Source of the DNA: Candidatus Latescibacterota bacterium
GTDB lineage: Bacteria > Latescibacterota > UBA2968 > GCA-2709665
Assembly: GCA_965116875.1 (NCBI GenBank)
Contig: OZ220733.1
Span: 2,848,001-2,912,000 of the forward strand
Direction of reading: 5' to 3'
Length of the DNA stretch: 64,000 bases
In this document: positions 1-12,032 of the stretch, in pieces
How the letters are laid out: every line of letters starts with the position of its first letter
Position numbering within the stretch: position 1 is the stretch's first letter
The notes under the pieces: generated by a model
The model's input: only the letters and a program-made list of their open reading frames with translations
The model's database searches: none
Told to the model about the DNA's origin: nothing
Translations under genes and position numbers: made by a program

Positions 1-81
1 GAACCTCGGTACCCGCTGCAAGAATGTTGTGTTTGGCGGCTTCCGTGGTTCTGTGCCAGACGAATCCCATTTAATCCCTCC

Positions 82-123
82 TTGACATACCCTCACTCAA
101 ATCGTTACCTTCCGCGTAACGAT
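82..123 (+). promoter_or_regulatory. sigma70 promoter and palindromic operator of the higBA operon
   Basis: TTGACA at 82-87 and -10-like TACCTT at 106-111. A perfect inverted repeat ATCGTTAC-N7-GTAACGAT (101-123) overlaps the -10 and the ATG. No Shine-Dalgarno. Confidence 0.7.
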
Positions 124-457
124 GAAAGTCGTCTTCAAAACCCGAAAGCTCGAAAAGACCTTAAACTCCGGGAGCCTCCTTGAGAGGACGTACGGAAAGA
201 ACAGGGCTCGGGCAATCATGATGCGGCTCGCTGTTCTAGCGAACGCGCCGACACTTGCCGCCGTTCCTCACACACCCCCCGAACGACGACATCAGCTTAC
301 AGGTGATCGTGAAGGACAGTACGCGGTTGATCTCGATGATCGCGCGCGGCTGATTCTTGCGCCGAACCACGACCCTGTACCCCTCATAGACGACGGCGGA
401 ATCGACATCCAACGCGTCACGGCAATTACGATCATGGAGGTCACAGACTATCACTAA
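122..457 (+). CDS. higB: HigB/RelE-family toxin (killer protein)
   Basis: 111 aa with RRHQLTGDREGQYAVDL and C-terminal EVTDYH, typical of HigB. Lies upstream of an HTH antitoxin. Confidence 0.85.
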   Translation: MKVVFKTRKLEKTLNSGSLLERTYGKNRARAIMMRLAVLANAPTLAAVPHTPPERRHQLTGDREGQYAVDLDDRARLILAPNHDPVPLIDDGGIDIQRVTAITIMEVTDYH

Positions 458-470
458 AGGAGAGCGAGCG

Positions 471-1556
471 ATGGCGACGAACCAGTACCGCCCCGACTAC
501 GCGGTTCCCCCTGGCTGGGTTCTCGCAGAGCGTCTCGAAGCCCAGGGCATCTCACATGCCGAGTTTGCAAGACGATGCGACCGCTCGGGAAAGCTCATCA
601 GCGAGATCGTTGCCGGAAAAGCCCCCATCGAGGCAAAGACTGCGCTTCAATTCGAGAGAGTACTTGGGGTCGATGCGGATATCTGGTTGGGAATTGAGAA
701 GGACTATCAATTGTATCAGATCAGGGAAGCCGAAGCGCGAGAAGCGCAGGAGTCAGTCGCATGGGCGAGGACATTTCCCCTCGTCGAATTGACAAAGAGA
801 GGTGCGATTCAAACGCGATCGGCAAATCGAGAAACGGTATCGGAATTGTTGGCATTCTTCGGAGTGGCGTCAATACAGGCGTGGCGGACCGAGTACGGGA
901 GGGCCAATGTCGCATACAGGCACTCACCGAGCTTCAAGAGTGACGAATTTTACCTTGCTTCTTGGCGGAGGCTTGCCGAAATCGAAGCAGACAATCAACA
1001 GTGCCAGGAGCGTTACGTAGATTCCACATTTAAAAATGTGCTAAGTCGGATCCGGCGCTTAACTACGAAGCCTTTCCGTAAAGCTCTGGAAGAGACGGGT
1101 AAACTCTGTAACGAAGCCGGTGTCGCACTTGCGCTCGTCAAGCCGCTGCCAAGGATGCGTGTAAGCGGTGCAGCGTGGTGGCTTTCAAGGCGAAAGCCGG
1201 TCATCGCGTTGAGCGCACGCCACAAAACGGACGACCATCTGTGGTTCAGCCTCTTCCATGAGGCGGCACATATTCTTCTACACAACAAAAAGGATGTGTA
1301 CGTTGACGGGACAGACCGTCACGGCGATGACCATGAGACGGAGGCGAACGATTGGGCGACGAATTTCCTGGTTCCCCGGTCGGACTGGCGTCGATTTGTA
1401 GATGAAGAGGGATTCACGAGTTTGGACATTCGCCAGTTCGCCGATAAACAGGGCATCGCGCCGGGTATTGTTGTTGGAAGACTTCAACACGAAAGGCACA
1501 TCGGGTGGGATTGGCTGAACGATATGAAGGTTCGTTTGGAGTGGGTTGAGAATTGA
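471..1556 (+). CDS. higA: HigA-type HTH antitoxin fused to ImmA/IrrE metallopeptidase
   Basis: N-terminal PDYAVPPGWVL...HTH, HExxH motif (LFHEAAH) and E..AN.WA...L motif. RBS AAGGAG. Confidence 0.85.
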   Translation: MATNQYRPDYAVPPGWVLAERLEAQGISHAEFARRCDRSGKLISEIVAGKAPIEAKTALQFERVLGVDADIWLGIEKDYQLYQIREAEAREAQESVAWARTFPLVELTKRGAIQTRSANRETVSELLAFFGVASIQAWRTEYGRANVAYRHSPSFKSDEFYLASWRRLAEIEADNQQCQERYVDSTFKNVLSRIRRLTTKPFRKALEETGKLCNEAGVALALVKPLPRMRVSGAAWWLSRRKPVIALSARHKTDDHLWFSLFHEAAHILLHNKKDVYVDGTDRHGDDHETEANDWATNFLVPRSDWRRFVDEEGFTSLDIRQFADKQGIAPGIVVGRLQHERHIGWDWLNDMKVRLEWVEN

Positions 1557-1569
1557 TGTCCGAACGGGT

Positions 1570-1595
1570 AAAAAGAAACGCCCCTTTCGGGGCGT
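1570..1595 (-). terminator. Rho-independent terminator
   Basis: ACGCCCC-GAAA-GGGGCGT stem followed by TTCTTTTT on the minus strand. Confidence 0.75.
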
Positions 1596-1628
1596 CGGGC
1601 CGGAGATGCTATCTCCGGCGGGGTAATG
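1570..1628 (-). ncRNA. Putative small structured RNA (9-bp hairpin + GAAA-loop terminator hairpin)
   Basis: Minus strand reads CATTACCCC-GCCGGAGAT-AGC-ATCTCCGGC-CCG-ACGCCCC-GAAA-GGGGCGT-TTCTTTTT, just downstream of a consensus promoter, with no ORF. Confidence 0.6.
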
Positions 1629-1633
1629 TTTAA

Positions 1634-1661
1634 ATTATAGCTTTTACCAGGCAGGTGTCAA
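1634..1661 (-). promoter_or_regulatory. Consensus sigma70 promoter
   Basis: Minus strand TTGACA (1661-1656), 16-bp spacer, TATAAT (1639-1634). Confidence 0.75.
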
Positions 1662-1691
1662 TCGCAAAAAACGCAATCGGAAGACAACATA

Positions 1692-1859
1692 AAACGACTG
1701 ATCGTCGGTTTGCCGCCGAGCCGGCATTCTGCGCAATTTCGTACCGTTACTACGGCCGCATTCACGATTGGCCGCAAGGTTATCAAGGACAGTCAATTTC
1801 CGGACGAGGTCACCAAGCCCTACGGCTTCGTTCTGCGCCGTCCGGCCAAGTGGAATTGA
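1692..1859 (+). pseudogene. C-terminal relic of an NYN/LabA (PIN-like RNase) protein
   Basis: Frame not in the ORF track reads KRLIVGLPPSRHSAQFRTVTTAAFTIGRKVIKDSQFPDEVTKPYGFVLRRPAKWN*, resembling NYN C-termini (recognised from memory). The catalytic N-terminus is absent. Confidence 0.6.
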
Positions 1860-2059
1860 GACCTGCAAGAAATCGTCGTTGTACCGCGAGAAACTGATTC
1901 AGCTTGTCCGAGCGCGCGACGCTGCATGCATAGTATACGCCCGCGAAAAGCCGATCCGGCACGGCGATCCAGGTGTACAATCGACTTGGGACCAGCGCGT
2001 CCGTAGATCCGAAGTGAGCTGAGAAGCTGGAAGACATTTCCGCACCGGGGATATGAGAA

Positions 2060-3598
2060 ATGGACGATTCAACCGCACACGACTCGCTTGAACTCGAAGT
2101 CACCGATTTCGGACCAATCATTGAGGCCAATATCGAACTTCGCCCACTGACCGTATTCGTCGGTCCAAGCAATACGGGAAAGTCTTATCTTGCGACCCTG
2201 ATTTATGCACTGCACAGATTTTTCAGCAGTCGATCTGCACCGTGGCGTTTTCTCTCGACTTACGATAGGTTAATGAACGTCACCCCTTCAAATGTAAGTA
2301 AAGATACTATTGAATCGCTTGATACGTTTCTTGAGCAAGTCTCGACGGAAGCAAAAAAGCCACTTAGCGAGCGGAAAATTGTTTTACCCACTCCGATAAC
2401 TGAAGCGATTCGCTCTGTTTTCAACGCGCATGGCGGCAATATTGGAGATGAAATCTTACGATGCTTCGGAATCAACGATATCGGTGGTTTAATCCGTAAG
2501 GGATGCGGGAATGGTGCAAGTGTCGTTCTTTGTAGGCGTTTGTTCGGGGAATCGGAGCCATTCAAACACGTACTAGGACTTACAACGGGGACGGCTGAAT
2601 TCACAATGTCAGTTCCTAGGGAACGTATCTTGTCTCCGATTGCCATAGGAAAGGGGACAGTCCTTGTCGACGCTTTGAACGACGAGGTCCAAAGCGTCGT
2701 TTCAAGGGTAATACGCGCGGGCAAAGACCAAGAGTTTCTCGCACGGGAACTGATTGAAGTGATTATAGATTTCGCGCTACCACACCTTGCCGGTCCCCTA
2801 TATTGTACCGCATTCTATCTTCCATCTGCCAGAACAGGCGTAATGAAAGCACACAGCACACTCGTTAGTAACCTAGTCGCGAGTGCGCCGATGGCTGGCC
2901 TTCGCCACGGTACCAGGACGCCTGCACTATCTGGTGTTTTGGCGGATTTTCTGCAACAGTTGATTGAGCTTGTAAGTCCGTCGCACGTGCAATCCAATCC
3001 ACTATCCGTTGTCGACAGAGAGATTGAAGAAAAAATCCTCAAAGGTACAGTGCAAATCGAGAGTTCTGACGTAGTTAGCTACCCACGGTTTACTTATCAG
3101 CCCCAAGGCTGGAAAGAAACGTTGCCCCTAGATTATGCATCTTCCATGGTTTCCGAACTCGCCCCCGTAATTTTCTATCTGCGCCACTTGGTCCAGCGGG
3201 CAGACACTTTGATTATCGAAGAACCCGAGGCGCACCTTCATCCTGCAATGCAGGTCGAATTTACCCGTCAGATCGCTGCGCTGGTTCAGGCAGGTGCGAA
3301 TGTTATGGTAACTACTCACAGCGAGTGGATACTTGAGGAACTCGCCAACATCGTGCGACGTTCGGAGCTCACTGACGCGGGTCGGAAGGAGATGCCCCAC
3401 GGCGAATACGCCCTTTCTCCCGATCAGGTGGGGGCATGGTTGTTCAAGCAGAAACGCCGACCGATAGGATCGGTCGTCGAAGAAATTCGATTCGACCCCG
3501 ATGCAGGTGGGCTTGAGACTGACTTCAGCGAAATTGCCCAACAGGTCTACAATGATTGGGCGACGATCGGTAACCGTATTGCAGGAAGCGCTAAATGA
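2060..3598 (+). CDS. ABC/AAA_15-21-type ATPase (AbiEii/PtuA/AriA-like)
   Basis: DFGPI, Walker A VGPSNTGKS, signature ASSMVSEL, Walker B/D-loop IIEEPEAHLHP, H-loop TTHS. Confidence 0.9.
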   Translation: MDDSTAHDSLELEVTDFGPIIEANIELRPLTVFVGPSNTGKSYLATLIYALHRFFSSRSAPWRFLSTYDRLMNVTPSNVSKDTIESLDTFLEQVSTEAKKPLSERKIVLPTPITEAIRSVFNAHGGNIGDEILRCFGINDIGGLIRKGCGNGASVVLCRRLFGESEPFKHVLGLTTGTAEFTMSVPRERILSPIAIGKGTVLVDALNDEVQSVVSRVIRAGKDQEFLARELIEVIIDFALPHLAGPLYCTAFYLPSARTGVMKAHSTLVSNLVASAPMAGLRHGTRTPALSGVLADFLQQLIELVSPSHVQSNPLSVVDREIEEKILKGTVQIESSDVVSYPRFTYQPQGWKETLPLDYASSMVSELAPVIFYLRHLVQRADTLIIEEPEAHLHPAMQVEFTRQIAALVQAGANVMVTTHSEWILEELANIVRRSELTDAGRKEMPHGEYALSPDQVGAWLFKQKRRPIGSVVEEIRFDPDAGGLETDFSEIAQQVYNDWATIGNRIAGSAK

Positions 3599-4065
3599 TG
3601 TGTGGGGTGGTCGAACAGCTGAAAAACGAACTACCTGAAGGAACAACCGTCAAGCGGTGCTCGGCCGAAGGCTGCAACGTTCCGTTGAAACATGCCCCGA
3701 CGCCACATTTGGTTATGGATCTGGATCACCCCTTCTTCGGGCTGAAGGATAAGGTCCATTGCGATTTCCTGTTTATCAGTTGGGACTGCAATGGTGGCGA
3801 CAACTGGGTTGTCCCACTGGAATTAAAACGTGGCAGCCCGAATGCGACAGAAATGGTATCGCAGCTACAGGCAGGATCAGGCGTCGCCCAGGCTCGGATT
3901 CCGGACGAACACAACACGCACTTCCTTCCTGTTGGGGCCTTTGGAGGTCGATTGCATATTACACAGAGGGATAAGCTCAGAAAGTCTCGTGTTTCGTTTC
4001 GTGGGAAACAATACCAGATCAAACTCATTCGATGTGGAACCCCACTGAAGACCGCTCTTCCGTGA
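3595..4065 (+). CDS. Small putative PD-(D/E)xK nuclease-fold protein, partner of the ATPase
   Basis: ATGA overlap with the ATPase stop. CDFLFI...PLELKRG...QL pattern. Confidence 0.6.
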   Translation: MMCGVVEQLKNELPEGTTVKRCSAEGCNVPLKHAPTPHLVMDLDHPFFGLKDKVHCDFLFISWDCNGGDNWVVPLELKRGSPNATEMVSQLQAGSGVAQARIPDEHNTHFLPVGAFGGRLHITQRDKLRKSRVSFRGKQYQIKLIRCGTPLKTALP

Positions 4066-4078
4066 AATCAAGGACCTT

Positions 4079-7003
<2,925 letters not shown>

Positions 7004-7158
7004 TCTTAAACGTCTACGAACGGTATTTATACTGCATGTGAAGTTCGCCCGACCAATCGGCCGCGTTGCAGACCGGCCGTAAGTAACGCACATGTCGCCG
7101 CAATTTTCGAAGTTGGAGCATTGCGTGTTGCGGGCCATGGACTTATCGGAGGTTTGAA

Positions 7159-9879
7159 GTGAGCATTTCGTGGGATTGGCCAGGGTCTCGCTGGTGGCGC
7201 GTCGATCTTCATACGCATTCGCCCGCGTCATACGATTTCGGAAGTCAAAAGGATAGAGAGCTATCTGATTGGAGACGTTGGATTGAATCAGCGCGTGATG
7301 CCGGGCTTGATGCTGTAGCTGTTTCGGATCACAACACGGTCGCTGGCATTTCAGAATTGCAGCAAGCCGCTGAATGCGTTGAGAATGCCCCGGTCATTTT
7401 CCCTGGTGTGGAGCTCACTGCAGGCGATGGTGTCCACCTGCTCTTGTTAATGGATCCAGCCCGCTCGCACCGGCACGTAGGAGAATTCCTAGCCCGAGTC
7501 GACGTTCCGGTGAGCCAACAAGGGAGCAAGACCGCGCGTTCTCCACTTAGCGTTGAGCAGATTCTCGGTAAATGTGGGGAAGATACGCTTTTAGTCGGAG
7601 CCCATGTCAACGCCGAAAATGGACTCCTCGAAAAACACGAAGGCGAACAGCGAATCGCTGTGCTGAACCATGTGAATTTAGCCGCCGTTGAAGTCGACCC
7701 AGAGAAAGATATCGACGAGACCTGGATTGATGGAACAAAGGGTTCGGTAAGACGAAGGGTCTCGCAGATTTGGTCATCGGACGCACATAGTTTTGAAAAC
7801 TTGGGCAAGCGCTTTACGTGGGTGAAAATGACCCGGCCTGATCTGGAGGGGCTTCGCCTAGCATTAATGGATGGCGCCTCATCATTAATGCCATCGGCCA
7901 AGGACAGCACGGCTAATCCCAATTCCCATGCGGCTTTGTCAATTGAAAGTCTAACTGCCCACGACGGCAGATATATAGGGCGGCCGTCTAAGACTACCGT
8001 TGCTTTCAACCCGTGGCTGAATGCAGTCATCGGCGGAAGGGGAACGGGAAAGTCTACGATTATTGACTTCTGTCGTAAGACTCTCCGCCGTGAAGGTGAA
8101 CTCGATGGTAGTGTCCAAAGTGAAGATGGTTCGCTGAGACATATATTTGATCGCCGCATGCGTGTACCTAGATCTCACGGTGAGGAAGGACTACTAACCG
8201 ATGATACGCGCGTGGAGCTTGTTTACCGTAAGGACGGTGAGCGTTATTTACTTTGTTGGAGTGAGAGTGGAGATGCCCAACCTATTGCCCGCTTGGATGG
8301 GGATACGCAATTTCCCGAAGAAGGCGACATTGGCGAACGATTTCCGGTGCGCATCTACAGCCAGAAACAGCTTTTTGCGCTCGCCCAAGATCCGAACGCA
8401 CTGCTGACAGTTATCGACAACAGCCAGGACGTCCGAGGTGATGAGCAACGCAGGATGATCGAGCATCTTGGAAACCAATACTTGTCTCTGCGTTCTCAAG
8501 CTCGTGCTGCACTGACTCAAGCGAACGAACTTCCTGCCCGCAGAGCGTCTCTTGAGGATGTTCGACGCAAGCTTGATGTACTTGAAGGAGGCGGGCAAGT
8601 GCAGGTACTACATGAATACCGAAAGCGACGCCAGCAGGACGAAACCTGGCGTGCGATTCGCGATGCGGCTTTGCAAGCTGTCGAGTCGGTTGCTGAAAGA
8701 GCGAGTGAGCTTTCTGTGGCCGATCTTCACTTTGAAGCCAGAATTGAGGAAGATCATGCACAAGAAAGTCTCGTTCGGGCACACGAAGCACTGCGGCGGA
8801 CAGTCGAGAATTTGGGACAAGGAGTGTTGTCCAGCGTCGATAAAGCGCGAAAAGAAATTCGAGACATTGCCGATGGTGAGGATATCCGGCAATGGCGTGC
8901 AGCAGTGGAATTCAGCGAGCACGAATTTGAGCAAGTAATGGCTCAACTTGATAAAGAAGGCATCTCTGATCCAAACGAATACACCGACCTGCTTGAGAAC
9001 GCGACCAGGATCGAGAGAGAAATCGAGAAACTAGAGAACAGGCAAGTCCAAGCAGAGGAGTTTGATCAAAAGGCCACCTCGACCCTAGACGAATACCGGG
9101 CACGTCGCCGCGAGTTAAGTGACAGGCGCAAGAGTTTCGCGGAGGGCACGTCTGGAGAGAACATTCGAATCGAAATAAACGAGCACGCGAACCATGGAAA
9201 TCTCGCGGAAGATCTAACTGAAATCTTGGGTATTGGGAGATTCGAGAGCGACCGACGATATTTGGCAAATCGGATTCGGCCTCAACAGGATCATACGTGG
9301 AACTGGGATGATCTTGACGCTGTAGTTGATGAGATGCGCCAGCTTCTATCGGGAGACCTTGACTATTGGCCAGCGAAAGATCACCGTTTCGAGTCAGTTG
9401 TAAGGAAACTTCCACCCGAAAGGATTGACCGCCTTGCGTTGTATCTACCGGAAGACTCTGTAAACGTCACTTTCAGAGATCGTACCGGAAGTGATTGGAC
9501 TCCTCTTACTCAAGGATCACCGGGTCAACAGACCGCTGCGCTTTTGGCTTTCGTTCTCGGCTATGGCATAGAACCTATTGTTCTGGATCAACCTGAGGAT
9601 GATTTGGATAACACGCTGATTTACGAACTTCTGGTAAATAGACTTCGTGAGACTAAGACCAAACGTCAGGTTGTTGTCGTCACTCACAATCCGAATATCG
9701 TCGTACATGGCGATGCCGAACTCGTTCTCTCACTTGAAGCTAGGTATGGCCAGAGTCACATTGTCTGCGCGGGTGGCCTACAGGAGGGTACCGTTCGAGA
9801 CGAAATCTGTCGGGTTATGGAGGGTGGCAGGGAGGCATTCGAGACACGATACCACAGGATAATCCCACACGGACACTGA
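7159..9879 (+). CDS. PHP phosphoesterase-ABC ATPase fusion (Ppl/TrlF-like defence protein)
   Basis: PHP motifs DLHTHSPAS, SDHN, GVE, SSDAHS. Walker A GGRGTGKS, coiled coil, SPGQ, LDQPEDDLD, VTHN. GTG start with GGAGG RBS. Confidence 0.9.
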   Translation: MSISWDWPGSRWWRVDLHTHSPASYDFGSQKDRELSDWRRWIESARDAGLDAVAVSDHNTVAGISELQQAAECVENAPVIFPGVELTAGDGVHLLLLMDPARSHRHVGEFLARVDVPVSQQGSKTARSPLSVEQILGKCGEDTLLVGAHVNAENGLLEKHEGEQRIAVLNHVNLAAVEVDPEKDIDETWIDGTKGSVRRRVSQIWSSDAHSFENLGKRFTWVKMTRPDLEGLRLALMDGASSLMPSAKDSTANPNSHAALSIESLTAHDGRYIGRPSKTTVAFNPWLNAVIGGRGTGKSTIIDFCRKTLRREGELDGSVQSEDGSLRHIFDRRMRVPRSHGEEGLLTDDTRVELVYRKDGERYLLCWSESGDAQPIARLDGDTQFPEEGDIGERFPVRIYSQKQLFALAQDPNALLTVIDNSQDVRGDEQRRMIEHLGNQYLSLRSQARAALTQANELPARRASLEDVRRKLDVLEGGGQVQVLHEYRKRRQQDETWRAIRDAALQAVESVAERASELSVADLHFEARIEEDHAQESLVRAHEALRRTVENLGQGVLSSVDKARKEIRDIADGEDIRQWRAAVEFSEHEFEQVMAQLDKEGISDPNEYTDLLENATRIEREIEKLENRQVQAEEFDQKATSTLDEYRARRRELSDRRKSFAEGTSGENIRIEINEHANHGNLAEDLTEILGIGRFESDRRYLANRIRPQQDHTWNWDDLDAVVDEMRQLLSGDLDYWPAKDHRFESVVRKLPPERIDRLALYLPEDSVNVTFRDRTGSDWTPLTQGSPGQQTAALLAFVLGYGIEPIVLDQPEDDLDNTLIYELLVNRLRETKTKRQVVVVTHNPNIVVHGDAELVLSLEARYGQSHIVCAGGLQEGTVRDEICRVMEGGREAFETRYHRIIPHGH

Positions 9880-9883
9880 AACC

Positions 9884-11116
9884 ATGCTGGATCCCGACGA
9901 CATAGTGCGCCGTGTTCGACTCGGCGAGGACTCCACGTTGGAACTAAAGCGGGTTCTAATGTCTCGTCTCAAGGTAACTGCGCCGAAACGAGACGAATTT
10001 GCCGACGAATTGGCTAGCATGGCAAACAGCCGAGGTGGAATCGTGATATTGGGTGTTGACGACAAAAGTCGCGACATTCTGGGTATACCGGTTGGCAGAT
10101 TGGACTCTCTGGAGGCATGGGTTCGCGAAATCTGTAACGACTCGGTGAAACCCGCACTTGATGTAACTATTACAAAGGTCGAACTACCCAACTCTGACGG
10201 CCGTTTTGTCGCGGTAATTTGCGTTGAGATCGACCGAAGCTTGTTTGTACACCGGAGCCCGGGGGGGTATTACCGTAGAATTGGGAGTTCCAAGCGTGAA
10301 ATGCCGCCCGAGGCGCTAGCCCGCCTCTTGCAGGAACGAAGTCAAAGTCGCGTAATTCGATTTGATGAATCCTCGGTTCCTGGAACAACACCTGAAGACT
10401 TAGATGGGTCTTTGACGTGGCGATTCTTGCGCGAGGGCATCTCGCCATCCGCGAATACCTTGCGCAAACTTAGGATTGTCGCCGAGGATGAAGACTCTGC
10501 CGACAGGATAACCGTAGCCGGAGTATTGTTGTGTACTCATGAACCGGTACAATGGTTACCACATGCACATATTCAGGCAGTCAGTTACATGGGGGAGCGG
10601 CGAGACGTAAACTATCAGAACGATGCTCGTGACTTCAATGGCCCGCTTGATGAGCAGATTTTCGAAGCATTGCACTTCGTACGCCGCAATATGCGCGTCG
10701 CGGCAGCGAAAAGTTTGGGTCGTGTAGACCAACCTCAATTTAGCGAACGCGCTGTATTTGAAGCCCTCGTCAACGCCGTCGCGCACCGCGACTACTCTAT
10801 CGGAGGTGCAAGAGTGCGGCTACACATGTTCGGTAACCGAATCGAGCTTTACGTCCCCGGAAACCTCGCGAACACCCTTACGCCGGACAGTATGGTCCTT
10901 AGACAATACAGCAGAAATGAACTCGTTGTGTCTCTGTTGGCGCGCTGTCCAGTTCCTCGCGCACGCGAAGATTTGGGAAGGTCGCATATAATGGATCGGA
11001 GGGGTGATGGAGTACCCATCATTCTCAACGATAGCCTGGAATTGTCCGGTCGCCGACCCGAATACACACTAATTGATGATAGCGAATTACGGCTCGTGAT
11101 CTGGGCGGCAGCATAG
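9884..11116 (+). CDS. Schlafen/AlbA_2 domain + HATPase_c_4 (RecG C-terminal-like) protein
   Basis: EDSTLELK...SMANSRGGIVILGVDD and EALVNAVAHRDY. Confidence 0.85.
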   Translation: MLDPDDIVRRVRLGEDSTLELKRVLMSRLKVTAPKRDEFADELASMANSRGGIVILGVDDKSRDILGIPVGRLDSLEAWVREICNDSVKPALDVTITKVELPNSDGRFVAVICVEIDRSLFVHRSPGGYYRRIGSSKREMPPEALARLLQERSQSRVIRFDESSVPGTTPEDLDGSLTWRFLREGISPSANTLRKLRIVAEDEDSADRITVAGVLLCTHEPVQWLPHAHIQAVSYMGERRDVNYQNDARDFNGPLDEQIFEALHFVRRNMRVAAAKSLGRVDQPQFSERAVFEALVNAVAHRDYSIGGARVRLHMFGNRIELYVPGNLANTLTPDSMVLRQYSRNELVVSLLARCPVPRAREDLGRSHIMDRRGDGVPIILNDSLELSGRRPEYTLIDDSELRLVIWAAA

Positions 11117-11161
11117 ACGGGCTCAAATGGCGTCTCTGAGACCTTCAGACGAATTTACCAA

Positions 11162-11599
11162 CTAAAAATATCCACCATCGGCTTTACAAGAAAACCCGCG
11201 CGCCGTTTTTTCGATCTGCTTCTCGAGTCCAGCGCCAGGCGTGTTGTGGACGTGCGGCTCAACAATGGGTCTCAACTCGCCGGTTTTGCAAAGAAGGACG
11301 ACCTCGCGTATTTTCTGGGCGAACTCTGCGAGACGGATTACGTTCACGTGCCCGAATTGGCGCCGACGAAGGAGTTGCTGGACGATTACAGGAAGCGGCG
11401 TTGCGATTGGGCAGCCTATGAGGACCGATTCAATGCGCTGATGCGTAAACGGCGGATCGAAGAGACCGTTTCGAAAGAGATTGTCGCCGACGGGTGCCTG
11501 CTGTGCAGCGAGGATAAGCCCCATCGGTGCCATCGACGGCTTGTAGCCGAGTACCTGAAACAACAGTGGGGCGACGTCGAGATTGTCCATCTCGGATAG
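11162..11599 (+). CDS. DUF488-family protein (start codon uncertain or degenerate)
   Basis: The frame upstream of the called GTG continues LKISTIGFTRKPARRFFDLL...VVDVRLNN. C-terminal LLCSEDKPHRCHRRLVAEYL. Confidence 0.75.
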   Translation, partial: LKISTIGFTRKPARRFFDLLLESSARRVVDVRLNNGSQLAGFAKKDDLAYFLGELCETDYVHVPELAPTKELLDDYRKRRCDWAAYEDRFNALMRKRRIEETVSKEIVADGCLLCSEDKPHRCHRRLVAEYLKQQWGDVEIVHLG

Positions 11600-11609
11600 G
11601 TAGTATCGA

Positions 11610-11936
11610 ATGAACCTACCTGCCTCGGAGACGTTCATACCGATCATGGTGGAGCGCATCGTCGCGCGCTTCGACCCCTATCGCGTGATCCTGTTCGGTT
11701 CGCATGCGCGAGATACAAACGTCAAGTGGAGCGACGTGGATTTCCTGGTCGTGCTGCCGGACGGCACAGATCGTCATCATGCAGCCGTCGAGATTCATCG
11801 GACGTTGGGCGATTTGCCCGTGGCCAAGGACGTTTTCGTAACCACTCCTGAGGAGATCGACCGTCGAGGTCACGTCGTCGGTAGTGTGCTGTACGCGGCG
11901 CTTCGAGAGGGCAAAGCCGTCTACGAGCGACCCTGA
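11610..11936 (+). CDS. Minimal nucleotidyltransferase (MNT/MntA-like antitoxin)
   Basis: LFGSHARDTNVKWSDVDFLV (GSx10DxD), 108 aa. Confidence 0.85.
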   Translation: MNLPASETFIPIMVERIVARFDPYRVILFGSHARDTNVKWSDVDFLVVLPDGTDRHHAAVEIHRTLGDLPVAKDVFVTTPEEIDRRGHVVGSVLYAALREGKAVYERP

Positions 11937-11970
11937 ACGCATTCTTGTAGCGTGAAGACCTGGAACCCAT
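11923..11970 (+). pseudogene. Possible relic of the cognate HEPN gene
   Basis: Overlapping the MNT end: ACG(for ATG)-SDPERILVA*, then REDLE in a shifted frame, resembling HEPN N-termini. Confidence 0.3.
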
Positions 11971-12032
11971 CAGCAGCAAGTCGATATCGAGCCAACATTG
12001 ATATCTCCCATCTTCGATGAGGAAAAAGGACC

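Noticed and set aside
1655-2022. ORFs 1655-1897 and 1768-2022
   Set aside because: No motifs. The meaningful frame here is the NYN-like relic at 1692-1859.
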